Shown piece by piece: positions 13,624 to 27,637 of a stretch of DNA of 64,000 nucleotides. Origin of the DNA: Eledone cirrhosa (Eukaryota); the NCBI GenBank assembly GCA_964016885.1, contig OZ024749.1, positions 42,842,001-42,906,000 on the forward strand. The letters run 5' to 3'. Numbering within the stretch: position 1 is the first letter of the stretch; each line of letters starts with the position of its first letter. The position numbers and the translations under genes are program-made. A model generated the notes under the pieces. That model searched no databases and was not told where the DNA came from. It saw only the letters and a list, made by a program, of their open reading frames with translations.

Positions 13624-13625
<2 letters not shown>
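13431..13625 (+). mobile_element. Mariner mini-element with 36-bp TIRs and internal transposase HTH fragment
   Basis: TACGAAGGCAATCCCAAAAGTAAGGTCTCCTTCCGA ... TCGGAAGGAGACCTTACTTTTGGGATTGCCCTCGTA; encodes MRKDRRITLDALCILDPEVSRSTIHRILTEKLQYRNL (HTH preceding the WVP motif). Confidence 0.85.
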
Positions 13626-13689
<64 letters not shown>

Positions 13690-13691
<2 letters not shown>

Positions 13692-13833
13692 TATATATAT
13701 GTGTGTTCCCTGGTTCAATCGGGGATAACCACAGTAAGGTACACAATACATAGCAGAGTAATATATATTTAATATAGAAATGGTTTATACAGGACTAGAA
13801 CTGTTTCATCAGAAGGAAATCATCAGGAAAGCC

Positions 13834-13835
<2 letters not shown>
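13690..13835 (-). mobile_element. Family B PLE pLTR-like element with HHR motif (13782-13833)
   Basis: Minus strand GGCTTTC-CTGATGA-tttccttctgat-GAAACAG ttctagtc CT-GTA-TAAACC. Confidence 0.7.
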
Positions 13836-13865
<30 letters not shown>

Positions 13866-13866
<1 letters not shown>

Positions 13867-14028
13867 ACGAAGGAATTGTGGTAAAGAACCAGGTAGACCA
13901 TAACTCATCAGAGTACTCAATACTTAGGGTAGTAGAGGGGGTAATAGGAAAAGGTATGACCCCGACGGCAGAGCTCAAGCCGTTTCGACGAAACGGCTTG
14001 AGCTCTGTCGTCGGGAGTCATACCTTTT

Positions 14029-14032
<4 letters not shown>
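13866..14032 (-). mobile_element. Family A palindromic element
   Basis: Same tail reversed; centre collapsed to GTTTCGACGAAAC. Confidence 0.85.
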
Positions 14033-14073
<41 letters not shown>

Positions 14074-14078
<5 letters not shown>

Positions 14079-14243
14079 AAAATTGAACGGGAACAAAACT
14101 GAGAGGCAGTACGAACAAAGGTTTATTAGTTTCACGCTCTTGAGAGTGGGGTGGTGGTGGGGGACGACGTTTCGGGCATAAGCCCTTCTTCAGGCGAAAA
14201 GTGTGTGGGAAGAGAGTTCCAAGGGTGTGTAGGGGAGTGGGGG

Positions 14244-14245
<2 letters not shown>
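14074..14245 (-). ncRNA. PLE pLTR-like insert with minimal type I hammerhead core (14163-14200)
   Basis: Minus strand C-CTGAAGA-A-GGGC ttat GCCC-GAAACGTC; AATAAA downstream; (TA)n on both sides; stem I poorly paired. Confidence 0.7.
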
Positions 14246-14330
<85 letters not shown>

Positions 14331-14738
14331 TGCTTGTGCGACTGTTTGTCCACACCTTACGGGAAGTTGTGGTTTCACGATTTCTAAAGGTATTATTCAG
14401 AATAAATACATGAGAATTAGTGTATGAAGTTGACTTAATATATTTACCTATTCAAGACTCGGCATATTTCTGTATTAAAGTCATAAAGAAAAACACACAA
14501 TAACAACGATAACAACAACAACAATATAACATCATCATTTCCTCTAGAAATATCTAGTTAATCACAACACAACAAAAATATGAAGGAATTTCAACCATTT
14601 AAGTTAGGGGCGTGCAGCCCACTCCATTGGCGAGTCACTTTTCATCATTGGAACAACTGTTAGGGCCATTAATATTTATTAAGCACTATTTCAAAGATCC
14701 ACCACAACTTCTTTCCATAACATGGAAAAGGGAAATTA

Positions 14739-14923
14739 TAACACACATAACCCTATCAGTGAAGCCCTTTAGTATAGGTCAACTAACACACATAACCCTA
14801 TCAGTGAAGTCCTTTAGTATAGGTCAACTAACACACATAACCCTATCAGTGAAGTCCTTTAGTATAGGTCAACTAACACACATAACCCTATCAGTGAAGT
14901 CCTTTAGTATAGGTCAACTAACA
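14739..14923. repeat. 45-bp minisatellite x4
   Basis: TAACACACATAACCCTATCAGTGAAGTCCTTTAGTATAGGTCAAC units (15-aa repeat in ORF 14612..14974). Confidence 0.95.
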
Positions 14924-14989
14924 GAAAATTGTATTACGGTTACGAAAAAAATTCTAAATAAGCCTACAAAGTAAAAATTAAAAATGGTC

Positions 14990-15058
14990 ATCGCGGGCCA
15001 CTCTGACTGGTCTGGCAGGCCAGATTGTAGCCCGCGGGCTGCCTGTTATACGCCTCTG
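14990..15058 (+). mobile_element. hAT/Charlie-like 3' terminus
   Basis: CGCGGGCC...GGCCAGATTGTAGCCCGCGGGCTGCCTGTTATACGCCTCTG resembles Charlie/MER30-type ends. Confidence 0.5.
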
Positions 15059-15079
15059 ATTAAAGTCATATACCCACGT

Positions 15080-15412
15080 AGAGGCGGCGAATTAGCAGAG
15101 TCTTAGAACGTCGGATAGAATGTTTTATGGTATTCGTTCCGATTTTCTGCTCTCTGAGTTCAAATCCCACCGAGGTCAACTTTGCCTATCGTCCTTTCGA
15201 GGTCGATAAAAAAAGTAGCAGTCTAGTACTGGGGTCGATTCATCCTCTATATCTCTTTCTCTTTTCTTTTCTCTCTCTCACTTTCTATTTTTCTCTGGAA
15301 AAAATCTGCTGTACTCAAACCTCGAGAGCGATGGGCTCCACCAAGCTTAAAATGCCTAAGAAACGCCGTATGTCAATACGGCGCACCTACAACTCTATCA
15401 GGAGTTACGGGA
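15080..15412 (+). mobile_element. SINE family 1 head with alternative 3' module
   Basis: Core followed by (CT)-rich linker and AAAATCTGCTGTA...ATGTCAATACGGCGC...GAGTTACGG, shared with 50140-50472. Confidence 0.7.
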
Positions 15413-15865
15413 CCATTTACACACACACACCCACACACCCACACCCACACCCACCCACACACACAAATAGTACTTTCAATTTAACATACATGGGAAGAAC
15501 TAAGCTAAATCAAACAAATGACACAAACCACTCCTATGTTCAGCTTAGCAAATTGAAAAGAAGAAGAAAAAATTAACAAACAGTGAGAAAATGTATAATA
15601 AAATAAATCAAGGACAATAAAAATAGCAACAAGCTGAGAGAGAACAACAACAACAGCAACAAGTATAAGGATATAGTGAAACAAAGACAATAGAAGACCC
15701 TACTTCTAAAAATACTTATGACATAAGAAAATCAATGGAGTTTAGTTTCTTATAGCAGTTGGGTTTTCTTTTGCAGTATCGAGTTTCTTTTGTCTCTTCA
15801 TTCTTCCTCTATCCCCTTTACTTTTGTGTGTATCTGTGTATATTTATACACATGTACACATCTTT

Positions 15866-15933
<68 letters not shown>

Positions 15934-16263
15934 CTTTACACACATACACTCACACATATTCAGAATAATCAGGTGTTCAGTATACCTACATTAATTTGAC
16001 GGGGTAAGTTGTCAGTCACCCCTTACCTTCATTGTAAAAGCACGCTGCTGAATTTCGAGAGATACAGAGTTCAATTCCCTGTAGCAGCTGCTGACCCCCT
16101 ATTCCTTCATCCTTAGGTTTATTTTACCGCATTTTCTATAGTTAGTACTTTTGGGATTCCTACATTTTGAAATTTTCCAATCGCCCTACTCTTACGTAGA
16201 TTAACACAAAAAAAAACAGATAAAAACAAACAAAAACCAAACAACACAGATATATATATACAT

Positions 16264-16416
16264 AATTGTTTCTACATTTGGCACAAGGCCAGCAAATACC
16301 CAGTACATCACTGGTACTTAATTTTATCGATCCCGTAAGAATGAAAGGCAAAGTTAACCTCGGCGGGATTTGAACTCTATGCGTCAAAGCATGAGGTCCG
16401 ACACTCTACCGATACT
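16264..16416 (-). mobile_element. SINE family 1
   Basis: Reverse copy. Confidence 0.8.
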
Positions 16417-16850
16417 GATTGCCACTTCGAAGGAGGGATTCAATGAGTTGAAATCAGGATTATCGAAGAGGCGTTAAGGGCACACATATCTGTGGAATGC
16501 TCAATCTCTTACGTGTTAATTTCAGGAGTAAGTTGCTCCTTTTATCTAACAACTGGAAGATTCGTCACTGGAAGCGATACAGGTCCATCCCCCAAATCAT
16601 TTCACATGCGAATGCAAATGGAATGACATAGTTATGTTTGCTACATGTCTCTGGCATGTTTAATGTGCAATCTGGATAGATGGATAGATGGATAGATGGA
16701 TGAAACTGTTATTGCTATCTTAACATAACAACAAGCCCTTTGAGACTGTCAACTGATTCTCTATAAAACACAGCCATTCGCTAATAAAGTCATTAGCCAA
16801 TATAATGCATAGAGAACGATTTCCTGTCAAAATTTCCCGTCGACATTTAG

Positions 16851-16924
16851 CATAAGCAACGAGAATTTCAAGAACATGTATTAAAACTCTCACTCAGTGA
16901 ATGGCTGTATTTGCCAGGTCAAAC
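16851..16924 (+). other. Possible small internal exon (unassigned)
   Basis: TTTCCCGTCGACATTTAG acceptor, open frame HKQREFQEHVLKLSLSEWLYLPGQT, AAC|GTAAGT donor; no recognised homology. Confidence 0.2.
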
Positions 16925-17025
16925 GTAAGTAAACATATATATTATGTATAATATATTTTCCCATATATGTCATTTAGATGTCATTGTGTCCTAGATAATA
17001 TACAAGCAAATGCTTTCCATTTAAA

Positions 17026-17222
17026 TAGGATCAGCGAAGAAGTTCATAGGCTGCCCAAGATACTCTCATGGAATGACTAAATGAGTTTCATTTTTTAACA
17101 TAGTCCTTGGAAAGAAACAAAGCAGTTATTAATAAGAGTTGAAATTAATGCATACAAGATTTCACAGTTCTTGCATCACCCCTTCATAGTCAGCCTATGA
17201 AGATTTCAGTTAACCCTCGTAT
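17026..17222. mobile_element. Mariner-derived MITE
   Basis: AAGTTCATAGGCTG ... CAGCCTATGAAGATTTCAGTTAACCCTCGTA termini; homologous to 63677-63922. Confidence 0.7.
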
Positions 17223-17696
17223 TAACTGTTGCAGCTACACCTCTTTGGGTGAAAGACATAAACAGGAAGGGTATTCCAGGTGATCGACGTTCTGGACAGT
17301 ATGGCCTTGATATAGCAGTTAGTGTAGGACATGTAGTTTAGATGTCAATATTGGTGATAAATGTTGGACAACATGCAAACAACAAAGCGCCACGACAATC
17401 CCTCGTATATTAAATTTGGGGTTGCGAAGGTCTAGAAACATTAACAGAAATGTGGATTTAGGAATGTCATTGTTCTTTGATGAATGCATTCATTCATGCA
17501 TATGCACACCCATATTAACATACACACACATATGCATGCAGTCACACACACACATGCAAATACAGTCACACACACACACACACACACACACATGCATGCA
17601 TGAATGTGTGTGTCAATGTGACACATACATTATAATATATACATGCACACGCCTAATTTCATACACATACACATATATATGTATGTATAAATATAT

Positions 17697-17768
<72 letters not shown>

Positions 17769-18146
17769 AGTTAAAACAATGAAATAAAAAATCAAGTCAT
17801 TAGAGATATAATTCACTGCTTTACGATCGTTTCTAGGTGATGATAATACATTGTAACTATACTCCGTTATTGATCTATGTAAGGTTAGTTACAAAATATC
17901 AGATAAAGAGAATATTTACTTACATGCATATCACCAGCTGTTTTCAAAAGCAATAATAATTTTATTCAGAATTAGTAGTATGTTAGTATCATGTCCTTGT
18001 TTGGAGGATGTTGAAGAACTAACCAATCAAATTGTTTTTTTCATATCGTGTTAAGATGAAAAATATCTTAACCGACAACATTTTCAACATATGGATTACA
18101 TCGAGTTCTTCATGCAGAATAGACACCACAACTTACTGTGGATACC

Positions 18147-18220
<74 letters not shown>

Positions 18221-18277
18221 TATATATATATATATATAATTATTAATTCTGGCAATATTACACAAATATGACCCTCC

Positions 18278-18314
<37 letters not shown>

Positions 18315-18331
18315 ATATATGTATATATATA

Positions 18332-18424
<93 letters not shown>

Positions 18425-19586
18425 AATTAAAAACAAAATAAATTTCGCTCTACATGGCTGAATACAATAAATGTAATCTGAGTTTTTCGACTATTAATAA
18501 TAACATTCGATTCGTTTGCAATTATGCAAACAAGCCTCATTTTTAAAGCCATGTCAGTAGAATGAACCCTTCATTCTTGCTGTTGTGTTGGTTGATGGAT
18601 TTAAAGAAAAGGGAATTCTTTAAAAGCTATATTTAGAGTAACAAAGGCAGAACAAAATATAAACACACACAAGACCCACTTCCTGCTATATCAAGCGTTA
18701 ACCTAATATATCCCTTCCATATACTGTACCGATTGTGTTGTTATTTCTGTTTACCTTTTACATACACACATATATATATATATATATACGTTTATATATA
18801 TATATGCATGTGTATATGTGTCAGAATTGTAAATAATTGTAAATAATTGTATTTTGAATTGTTGTAGTAAAGAAAACCAGACTTTGTTAATATTTTAGAT
18901 TAGCAGTTTCATAAATACTTTATAACACAATATAATCTAAACAAGTAAAAACAAAACTTTTCACAATAAAAGTAAAAATTAGACACTTCGGAATCGCTTC
19001 TTTCAAACTTACACTTATGTGATGCTAATTAAATTTTTAAATTGTTTTATAGAAAACATCATGTCAGATTGTAGACATTAATGAAATTAGTGAAGTTTCT
19101 CTAGACAATAATATTGAACGGCTGTAGCAGGTTTTCTACCAAAGAGTGCGTGCAGGCATGGCTGTGCGGTTAGATTATTTCGCTTTCGGGGTGATATCTT
19201 TTTAGCTTTGATCTAGCCTGTATGTGTGGCATCTTGTTTATGTCAATCTAGTACAGCTTGAGATTAGTACAATTTGATTGAAATATGAACATATTTGGTA
19301 AGGGGAAGCAATATGGTAAAGATCCAATAACTCCTCCTGGTGTCGTAGAGGCAGCGTCATACGGCGTATCAAGAGTACATGATTATAATCTTAAAATTAT
19401 TTACCCTTTCGGACAATCAAATGTCATGAATCCTTAAGACTTATGTGTCTTCTGATGATTAGGTTTACAATAAAGACAATTAAATATTACTATAAGGCAC
19501 AGATTAAATATTTTACATATATTAAACATAGTTATTCGCAGTTCAATGTACAAGTATAAAAAACCTTCTTTATATTATTCTTGTAC

Positions 19587-19639
<53 letters not shown>

Positions 19640-19790
19640 CACACTCACACATATATACCTATATATATATATATATATATACACATACCTATATATATAT
19701 ATATATATATACACATACCTATATATATATATATATATATATGAACATATACGTACCTATGTGTGTGTGTGTGTAGAGAGAGAGAGAAAG

Positions 19791-19862
<72 letters not shown>

Positions 19863-19892
19863 GTGAACATATACATACCTACACACACATAC

Positions 19893-19934
<42 letters not shown>

Positions 19935-20308
19935 ACAAAAGTTTTGATGATTTATAAGTAGGTGTGTATGTATGACCTCGTTTTCGCCTGGTCAATTACA
20001 TCTCTAAGGTGTTGCATAAGAAGAAGCTGTTTTAAATATTAGATAAACAAAATACTTTTGTGCCTCTGCGTTACTAGCAGAAGTTAACATGTTAGACATA
20101 GCAAACTAGGCAGGCGCCGTCGTAATGTACTATCTTATATTTTCTAGAAAGAACAGCACAGCAGTCTATATTAATAAAAGACTGCTTCTAAAATGGTGAC
20201 TATACATAAAGATACAGACGGAGGAAACTACTCAACATAGGTGGCCATGTTCACTGAAGACGATTTATTCAAAATCTATCTACGACATAGACAACACTAT
20301 CTTTAGCT

Positions 20309-20350
<42 letters not shown>

Positions 20351-20426
20351 TTGTTATATATATATATGTGTATGTCTGTGTGTGTGTGAGAGCATATATA
20401 TGTGTCTGCATATATATATGGATATT

Positions 20427-20477
<51 letters not shown>

Positions 20478-20484
20478 ATATTTG

Positions 20485-20514
<30 letters not shown>

Positions 20515-20519
<5 letters not shown>

Positions 20520-20755
20520 AACCAGTAAGACCCCGACAGCTGAGCTCAAGCCGTTTCGACGGCTAATTCTGGACTGGATTAGCCGTCGAAATAATTAGCC
20601 GTACCAGCAATAATTAGACGTCCAGAATTAGCCGTCGAAACGGCTTGAGCTCAGCTGTCGGGGTCTTACTGGTTCCTATTACCCACTCTACTACCTCAAG
20701 TATTGAGTACTTTGGTGCGTTATGGTCCACCTGGTTCCTTACCACATTTCCTTCG

Positions 20756-20757
<2 letters not shown>
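20515..20757 (+). mobile_element. Family A palindromic element with scrambled filler at the turn
   Basis: GAAAC-GGC ttgagctca GCT-GTC-GGGGTC at 20637-20665; filler contains extra ATTAGCCGTCGAAA and ATTAGCCGT pieces. Confidence 0.85.
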
Positions 20758-20791
<34 letters not shown>

Positions 20792-20852
20792 ATGTCTGTG
20801 TGTGTGTGAGAGCATATATATGTGTCTGCATATATATATGGATATTTGTGTG

Positions 20853-20893
<41 letters not shown>

Positions 20894-21024
20894 CTGTATA
20901 TATATATGTATATATGGATATTTGTGTGTGTGTTTATATATATATATATATATATGGTTATTTGTGTGTGTGTGTATACATATAAATATATCTGGTTATT
21001 TGTGTGTATATATATACATACATG

Positions 21025-21300
21025 TGGAGGCACGTGGCGTAGTGGTAAGGGTGTTGGACTTACGATCATAATGTCGTGCGTTCGATTCCTAGGTTGCATG
21101 TTGTGTTCCTGAGCAAAACACTTCATTTCATGTTGCTCCATTATACTCAGCTGAAAATGAATACCAGCAATAACTGGAGGTTTAACCCTGCGAGAGACTG
21201 GCGTCCTGTCCAGGGGGGGGGAGTCTAGTATTCTCAGTAGTATTCTCAAGCCATGAAACCGGGATAAGCACCGGCCAAATGGGCCTTCTGGCTTAAGACA
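21025..21300 (+). mobile_element. SINE family 2-related copy with a different tail
   Basis: GGAGGCACGTGGCGTAGTGGTAAGG A-box, GTTCGATTCC B-box, TGTGTTCCTGAGCAAAACACTTCATTTCA core. Confidence 0.8.
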
Positions 21301-21882
21301 GAATTTAGACATAGATATATATATACATGTGTGTGTTCGTATGTGTGTGTTTGTATGTATGAATGTGTATGCATGAATCTGCTTACTTTGAGGGTGTGTC
21401 TGTATATATGTCTCGTATTTCAGCGGGACGACAACAACAACAAAAATAAAAAAACAAAACAATAAGAAAGAGATTGACAAAAAAAAAAAAAAATTACTAA
21501 GGTCGATAAGATCGACTTCTCAAAGACGGTTCCCAATCATGACCGAAATCAGTAAAAGATTAAAAGAAAATAATATTACAGCATAAGAAGCCAAAAATTG
21601 ATTATTTTTCTGTGAAAAGTATCTTCAATATTTCTTATGGCATTTCAATATTGGTAGTGAGCTGTTCAATGTCAATTAGAGTCGTTTGTATTTTACAATA
21701 ATACAGGAATAGGATCCGTTTTTATATAATACAAGGGTACTATAACCCTATTACATAATATGTACTTAGCATTTATAGTGGCTTCCAGAATTCATATCAA
21801 TTCTTTCTTACATAACCGAGAATGATTTTATATATTTTCAAAAAAATAATCAAGGACAACGAAATATGATGCTCGTAAGGTA

Positions 21883-21913
<31 letters not shown>

Positions 21914-22416
21914 ACACGTATATAAATACACACAGGCATATATATATATACATTCACACACACACACACGCACGCACATATATATATATATACACACACA
22001 CGCACATATATATACACACACAGACACACACACATATAGATAAACACACACACACACACACACACATATGTATATATACATACACACACACAGATATATA
22101 TACACACACACACATATACACACACACACATATACATATACACACACATATATATATACACACACACACCCATATATATATACACACACACATATATATA
22201 TACACACACACACCCATATATATATACACACACACATATACACACACATATATATACATACACTCAAACATGTATCCATGTTCTCTCTCATTACTCGTTA
22301 CATACATTCAATAATCTTTTTCTCAATCATATAATTCCGTAGACACTCATGGAGACAGATGCACAGATAATGAATAATATATGTGTAGTCATCCGGATGG
22401 ATTTCTGTGTGCGTGT

Positions 22417-22484
<68 letters not shown>

Positions 22485-22519
22485 ATATGTGTGTGTGTAT
22501 GTATATGTGTGTGTGTGTG

Positions 22520-22583
<64 letters not shown>

Positions 22584-22875
22584 TATATATATATACATAT
22601 GTGTGTGTGTCTGTGTGTGTGTATATATTTGTATGTATGTGTGTGTATATATATATATGTGCGTGCGTGTGTATATGTGCGTGTGTGTAGATATATATAT
22701 ATATGTGCGTGCGTGTGTGTGTATATATGCAAGTGCTTATGTAAATGTATGTGAGTGAGTGTGGGTGAATGCATATGTGTAACGGCGACATTTTAAGACG
22801 GAACATTCGGATGCTGAGTCATGTAAATCTTGTTCACATGATGGATTACAGTTCACGCAGTAGACATCCTACGGC

Positions 22876-22913
<38 letters not shown>

Positions 22914-23023
22914 AGAGACAGAGACAGAGAGAGGGAGAGAGCAGGGGAGGGAGAGAGAGAGAGAGATAGGAGCAACAGTAAAAGAGACGATGATAAAGAG
23001 AGCAAAGTGTACATAATATATAT

Positions 23024-23111
23024 TATATTGGGACATCAAGTATGAAATTTGTAGAAACTTCTACAAAGAAAAAGAAATTTTTACAAATTTCATACTTGAC
23101 TATCTAATATA
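23024..23111. mobile_element. MADE1-like ~88-bp mariner MITE
   Basis: TATATTGGGACATCAAGTATGAAATTTGTAGAAA ... TTTTTACAAATTTCATACTTGACTATCTAATATA inverted ends with TA borders. Confidence 0.7.
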
Positions 23112-23112
23112 T

Positions 23113-23179
<67 letters not shown>

Positions 23180-23182
<3 letters not shown>

Positions 23183-23398
23183 GAACGATCGACTTTCGTC
23201 AAATCGGACCGAGGGAACAGTGTTTCCGTTGGTCTTTCCAATTGCTAATACTATCTATCGGTCGCAACTCCAGGTAGAAGGAGCAACGTGAAATAAAGTG
23301 TCTTGCTCAAGGACATAAAGCATCACCTGGTCCAGGAATCGAACTCACAACCTTACGATTGCGAATCCAATTCTCTTACCACTCAGCCACACGCCTTC
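23180..23398 (-). mobile_element. SINE family 2
   Basis: Reverse of 1714-1960; embedded in (TA)n. Confidence 0.85.
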
Positions 23399-23399
23399 A

Positions 23400-23432
<33 letters not shown>

Positions 23433-23469
23433 ATATGTATGTATGTATATATGTATGTATGTATATATG

Positions 23470-23598
<129 letters not shown>

Positions 23599-23606
23599 AT
23601 ATATAT

Positions 23607-23637
<31 letters not shown>

Positions 23638-23850
23638 ATAGCTGAGTGTGTTTTCTGATACAGTGATCTTAACAAGGGAGGCAGAACTCAATATTGATAC
23701 AGTATATAGAATATATTCTGTTTCCAATAACATCCATAGCTATGATGTTGCTTACTAAGCTCTCTCTGTCTCTCACACACTCTCTCTCTTTCTTTCTCTC
23801 TTTCTCTCTCTATATATATACATATATATACATGTATATATATACATACG

Positions 23851-23882
<32 letters not shown>

Positions 23883-23909
23883 CTTATATACATACATACA
23901 TACATGCAT

Positions 23910-23981
<72 letters not shown>

Positions 23982-24262
23982 TGGAGGGTGAGCAAGACGA
24001 GACAATTTTATAAAAAGAAGGAAGAAAGAGAGGATACAAATGAAAGAGCAGACCAAAAGTAGAGAGAATGCTATGAAGAGGATATAGAACGATACAATTG
24101 AAGCACCAAGTTCGAAAGTGAAAGTAGAATATTTTTCTTCTATAATATAAAGGTAAAAGCAGTCAACATGGCAGCCAGACTTAATGAAACGAAAGAGCAA
24201 ACAATTTTTTAGTATAAAAGTTTATAACTATCGCAGTAGGGATTCTAGAAAAGTGTCTGCGT

Positions 24263-24327
<65 letters not shown>

Positions 24328-24364
24328 GAGAGAGAGATATGTGTATATATATAGATAGATATAT

Positions 24365-24679
<315 letters not shown>

Positions 24680-24695
24680 TGTATATGTATATTTG

Positions 24696-24823
24696 TACCG
24701 TGACCCCAAAAATGTAGACTCACGTGAACAGCCTTCTAATAAATATTGTATACATTTTTCTGAAGCAACCTGTATCTATCTATCTCTATATATATATATG
24801 TGTGTGTGTAATACATACGTATT

Positions 24824-24854
<31 letters not shown>

Positions 24855-24932
24855 ATGTGACCCCAAAAATATATACACACGTCAACAGCATTCTAATAAA
24901 TATGTGTATGCATTTCTTTGAGACACCCTGTA
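24696..24932. mobile_element. Two ~80-bp Tc1-like MITE relics
   Basis: GTGACCCCAAAAATGTA ... TACATTTTTCTGAAGCAACCTGTA, and a second copy ending TTTGAGACACCCTGTA (CAGGGTG-type TIR). Confidence 0.55.
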
Positions 24933-24975
24933 CATATATATATATATTTGTGTGTGAATGTTATACATATATATG

Positions 24976-25050
<75 letters not shown>

Positions 25051-26384
25051 ATGTGTGTGTGTGTGTAATATATATATATATATAGAGAGAGAGATATATA
25101 GATATGTGTGTGTCTGTGTATGTATGTATGTGAATATATGTATATATATATATATATATAATCATTCAATATTTCTTTTACGGGATCATTACGTAGAATC
25201 TGAGATAGAATTCACTAGAAAAAGAGGAGTAAAGAATATCTCAAACAAAAACCATTTAACATTTCCATTCCTCACATACACCCCCCCCCCCCCATCATGC
25301 AAGAAACAATCTACTTATTCTCTATATGCCGAACGTTCGCCTAATAATTTGTTGTTGTCTCTAATATATATGTATATATAAACATATGAATATGAACATA
25401 TATATACATATACATAAATATATATACACACATATATATATATATACACACACACACATATATGTATATATATATATATAAGCATGTATATACATATATA
25501 GAAGCATGTATATATATATATATATGCATACGTATATGCACATATATGTATATATATATTATGATTTATATATAAATATGTATATTTAAATATACACACA
25601 CATATATATATATAAATATATAAACATATGAATATGAACATATATATCCATATACATAAATATATATACACACACATATATATATACACACACACATATA
25701 TATATATACACATATATATATATATATACACACACACATACATATATATATATATAAGCATGTATATACATATATAGAAGCATGTATATATATATATATT
25801 TAAATATACATACATATATATATGTGTGTTATATACATATACATATACATACACATATACATACACATATATATATATATATATATACATATATATATAC
25901 ATACATATATATATGTGTGTTATATATACATATATATATACATACACATATATATACATATATATACATACATACACATATACATACATATATATACATA
26001 CATACACATATACATACATACATATATATATACATACATACATATATATATACATACATACATATATATATACATACACACACATATATATATATATATA
26101 TACATACTCCCTCATATATATCATATATATATTTCTCTATGTGCATATAAACATACACATCTGTACATACACAGATAAACATACATAAACAGATGCAACA
26201 GTGCGTGCTTGTATGTATGACTGTGTGTAGAGGCTCGAGGAGTGAGTGTAGTGTCTAGGGGGATGGTGGGAGGTGAGTCTCTGAGTATTGGCTTGCTGAA
26301 AGATATTTCGTGTATAAGAAACCTGCTTAAACCTTTTATATGTGGTTAACTAGAACTCAATGAAGGAGAATAACATGTACATTG

Positions 26385-26386
26385 TG

Positions 26387-26417
<31 letters not shown>

Positions 26418-26975
26418 CCTTAGCCATCATCATCATCATCATCATCTTCGCCATCATCATCATCATCTTCGCCATCATCATCATCATCATCATCATTATC
26501 ATCATCATCACCTTCGCCATCATCTTCACCATCATCATCACCATCATAATCATCATCATCATCATCATCTTCATCATCATCATCATCATCACCTTCGCCA
26601 TCGTCATCGCCATCTTCACCTTCGCCATCATCACCATCACCATCATCGTCATCGTCGTCGTCAACTTCGACATCGTCAATATCATCACCATCACCATCAT
26701 CATAATCATGATCGTCGTCGTCGCCTCCATAATCACTACAATAACCACCAGCATCACCACCAACATCACCACAATTACCATTATTTTCAACAACAACAAC
26801 AACAACAGCAGCAACAACAGCAACAGCAGCAGCAACACCATCCTCATCAACGTCGACGTCTTAATCACCACCACCACCAGTATCACCACCATCATCATCA
26901 CCGTCGACATCTCCTTAATCACCATCACCACCAGCAACAACACCAACATCATCATAATTATTATCATCATCTCTA
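26385..26975. repeat. (CAT)n/(CAC)n/(CAA)n trinucleotide tract
   Basis: Simple repeat; explains poly-I and poly-M ORFs. Confidence 0.95.
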
Positions 26976-27600
26976 TAATGCCCACCATAATTCCACTGTC
27001 TACAATCAATGCTGTCAGCAGTAAGAGCAGCCGAAGTCATTATGCTGAGTGAACGATGTTTGCTAAGACTAAGAAACCAACGAAATCACTCCAATAGCAT
27101 TTACTACAGTATAATATATAATACTACACAGGCTGACATGAATCCTTGCTCTGTCATCTCATCACTGATAAATCCCATTGCTGTTATATCGTCAATATAA
27201 CTAAATAATAGTATTATATAATCATAACACTCCTTCCTTTCTCATTCTTAAAAGTATTTGAGAATGATAGAAAGAGCTTAGACGGCAGAGAGAGTGCAAA
27301 GCTAATGACCTTTTGCTAGTTCTCCGACGTTTGTAAAGCACTCTATCACACTCTGTAGATCTAAGGCTTCAAATTTGCTTTATAAAATGTGTAGTTATAT
27401 CTACCTTAGGTTTACCCTAAATATTCCATTATATACGAAATCCCTGCTCTGTTCAGATTCTCATGAATTATGAAAATCAGTAAAAGTATGGAAATAGGAA
27501 GTGAAGGGCCAATGAGGTTTTGCCAAGGCTTCGAGATTGATACATGTAAAGGTGTAAGAAGCCAGCGCGCGCACACACACACACACGCACACGCACACGC

Positions 27601-27624
<24 letters not shown>

Positions 27625-27637
<13 letters not shown>

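Noticed and set aside
14739-14923. Regular repeats suggesting a CRISPR array or repeat protein (also 8648, 11422, 37988)
   Set aside because: Contiguous units without unique spacers, in eukaryotic context; minisatellites
19440-19505. Decayed HHR-like motifs (also about 41770-41840, 47830-47872, 52570-52610)
   Set aside because: Cores too mutated to call individually; probably older relics of the same class
26350-27052. Poly-Met and poly-Ile ORFs
   Set aside because: (CAT)n repeat
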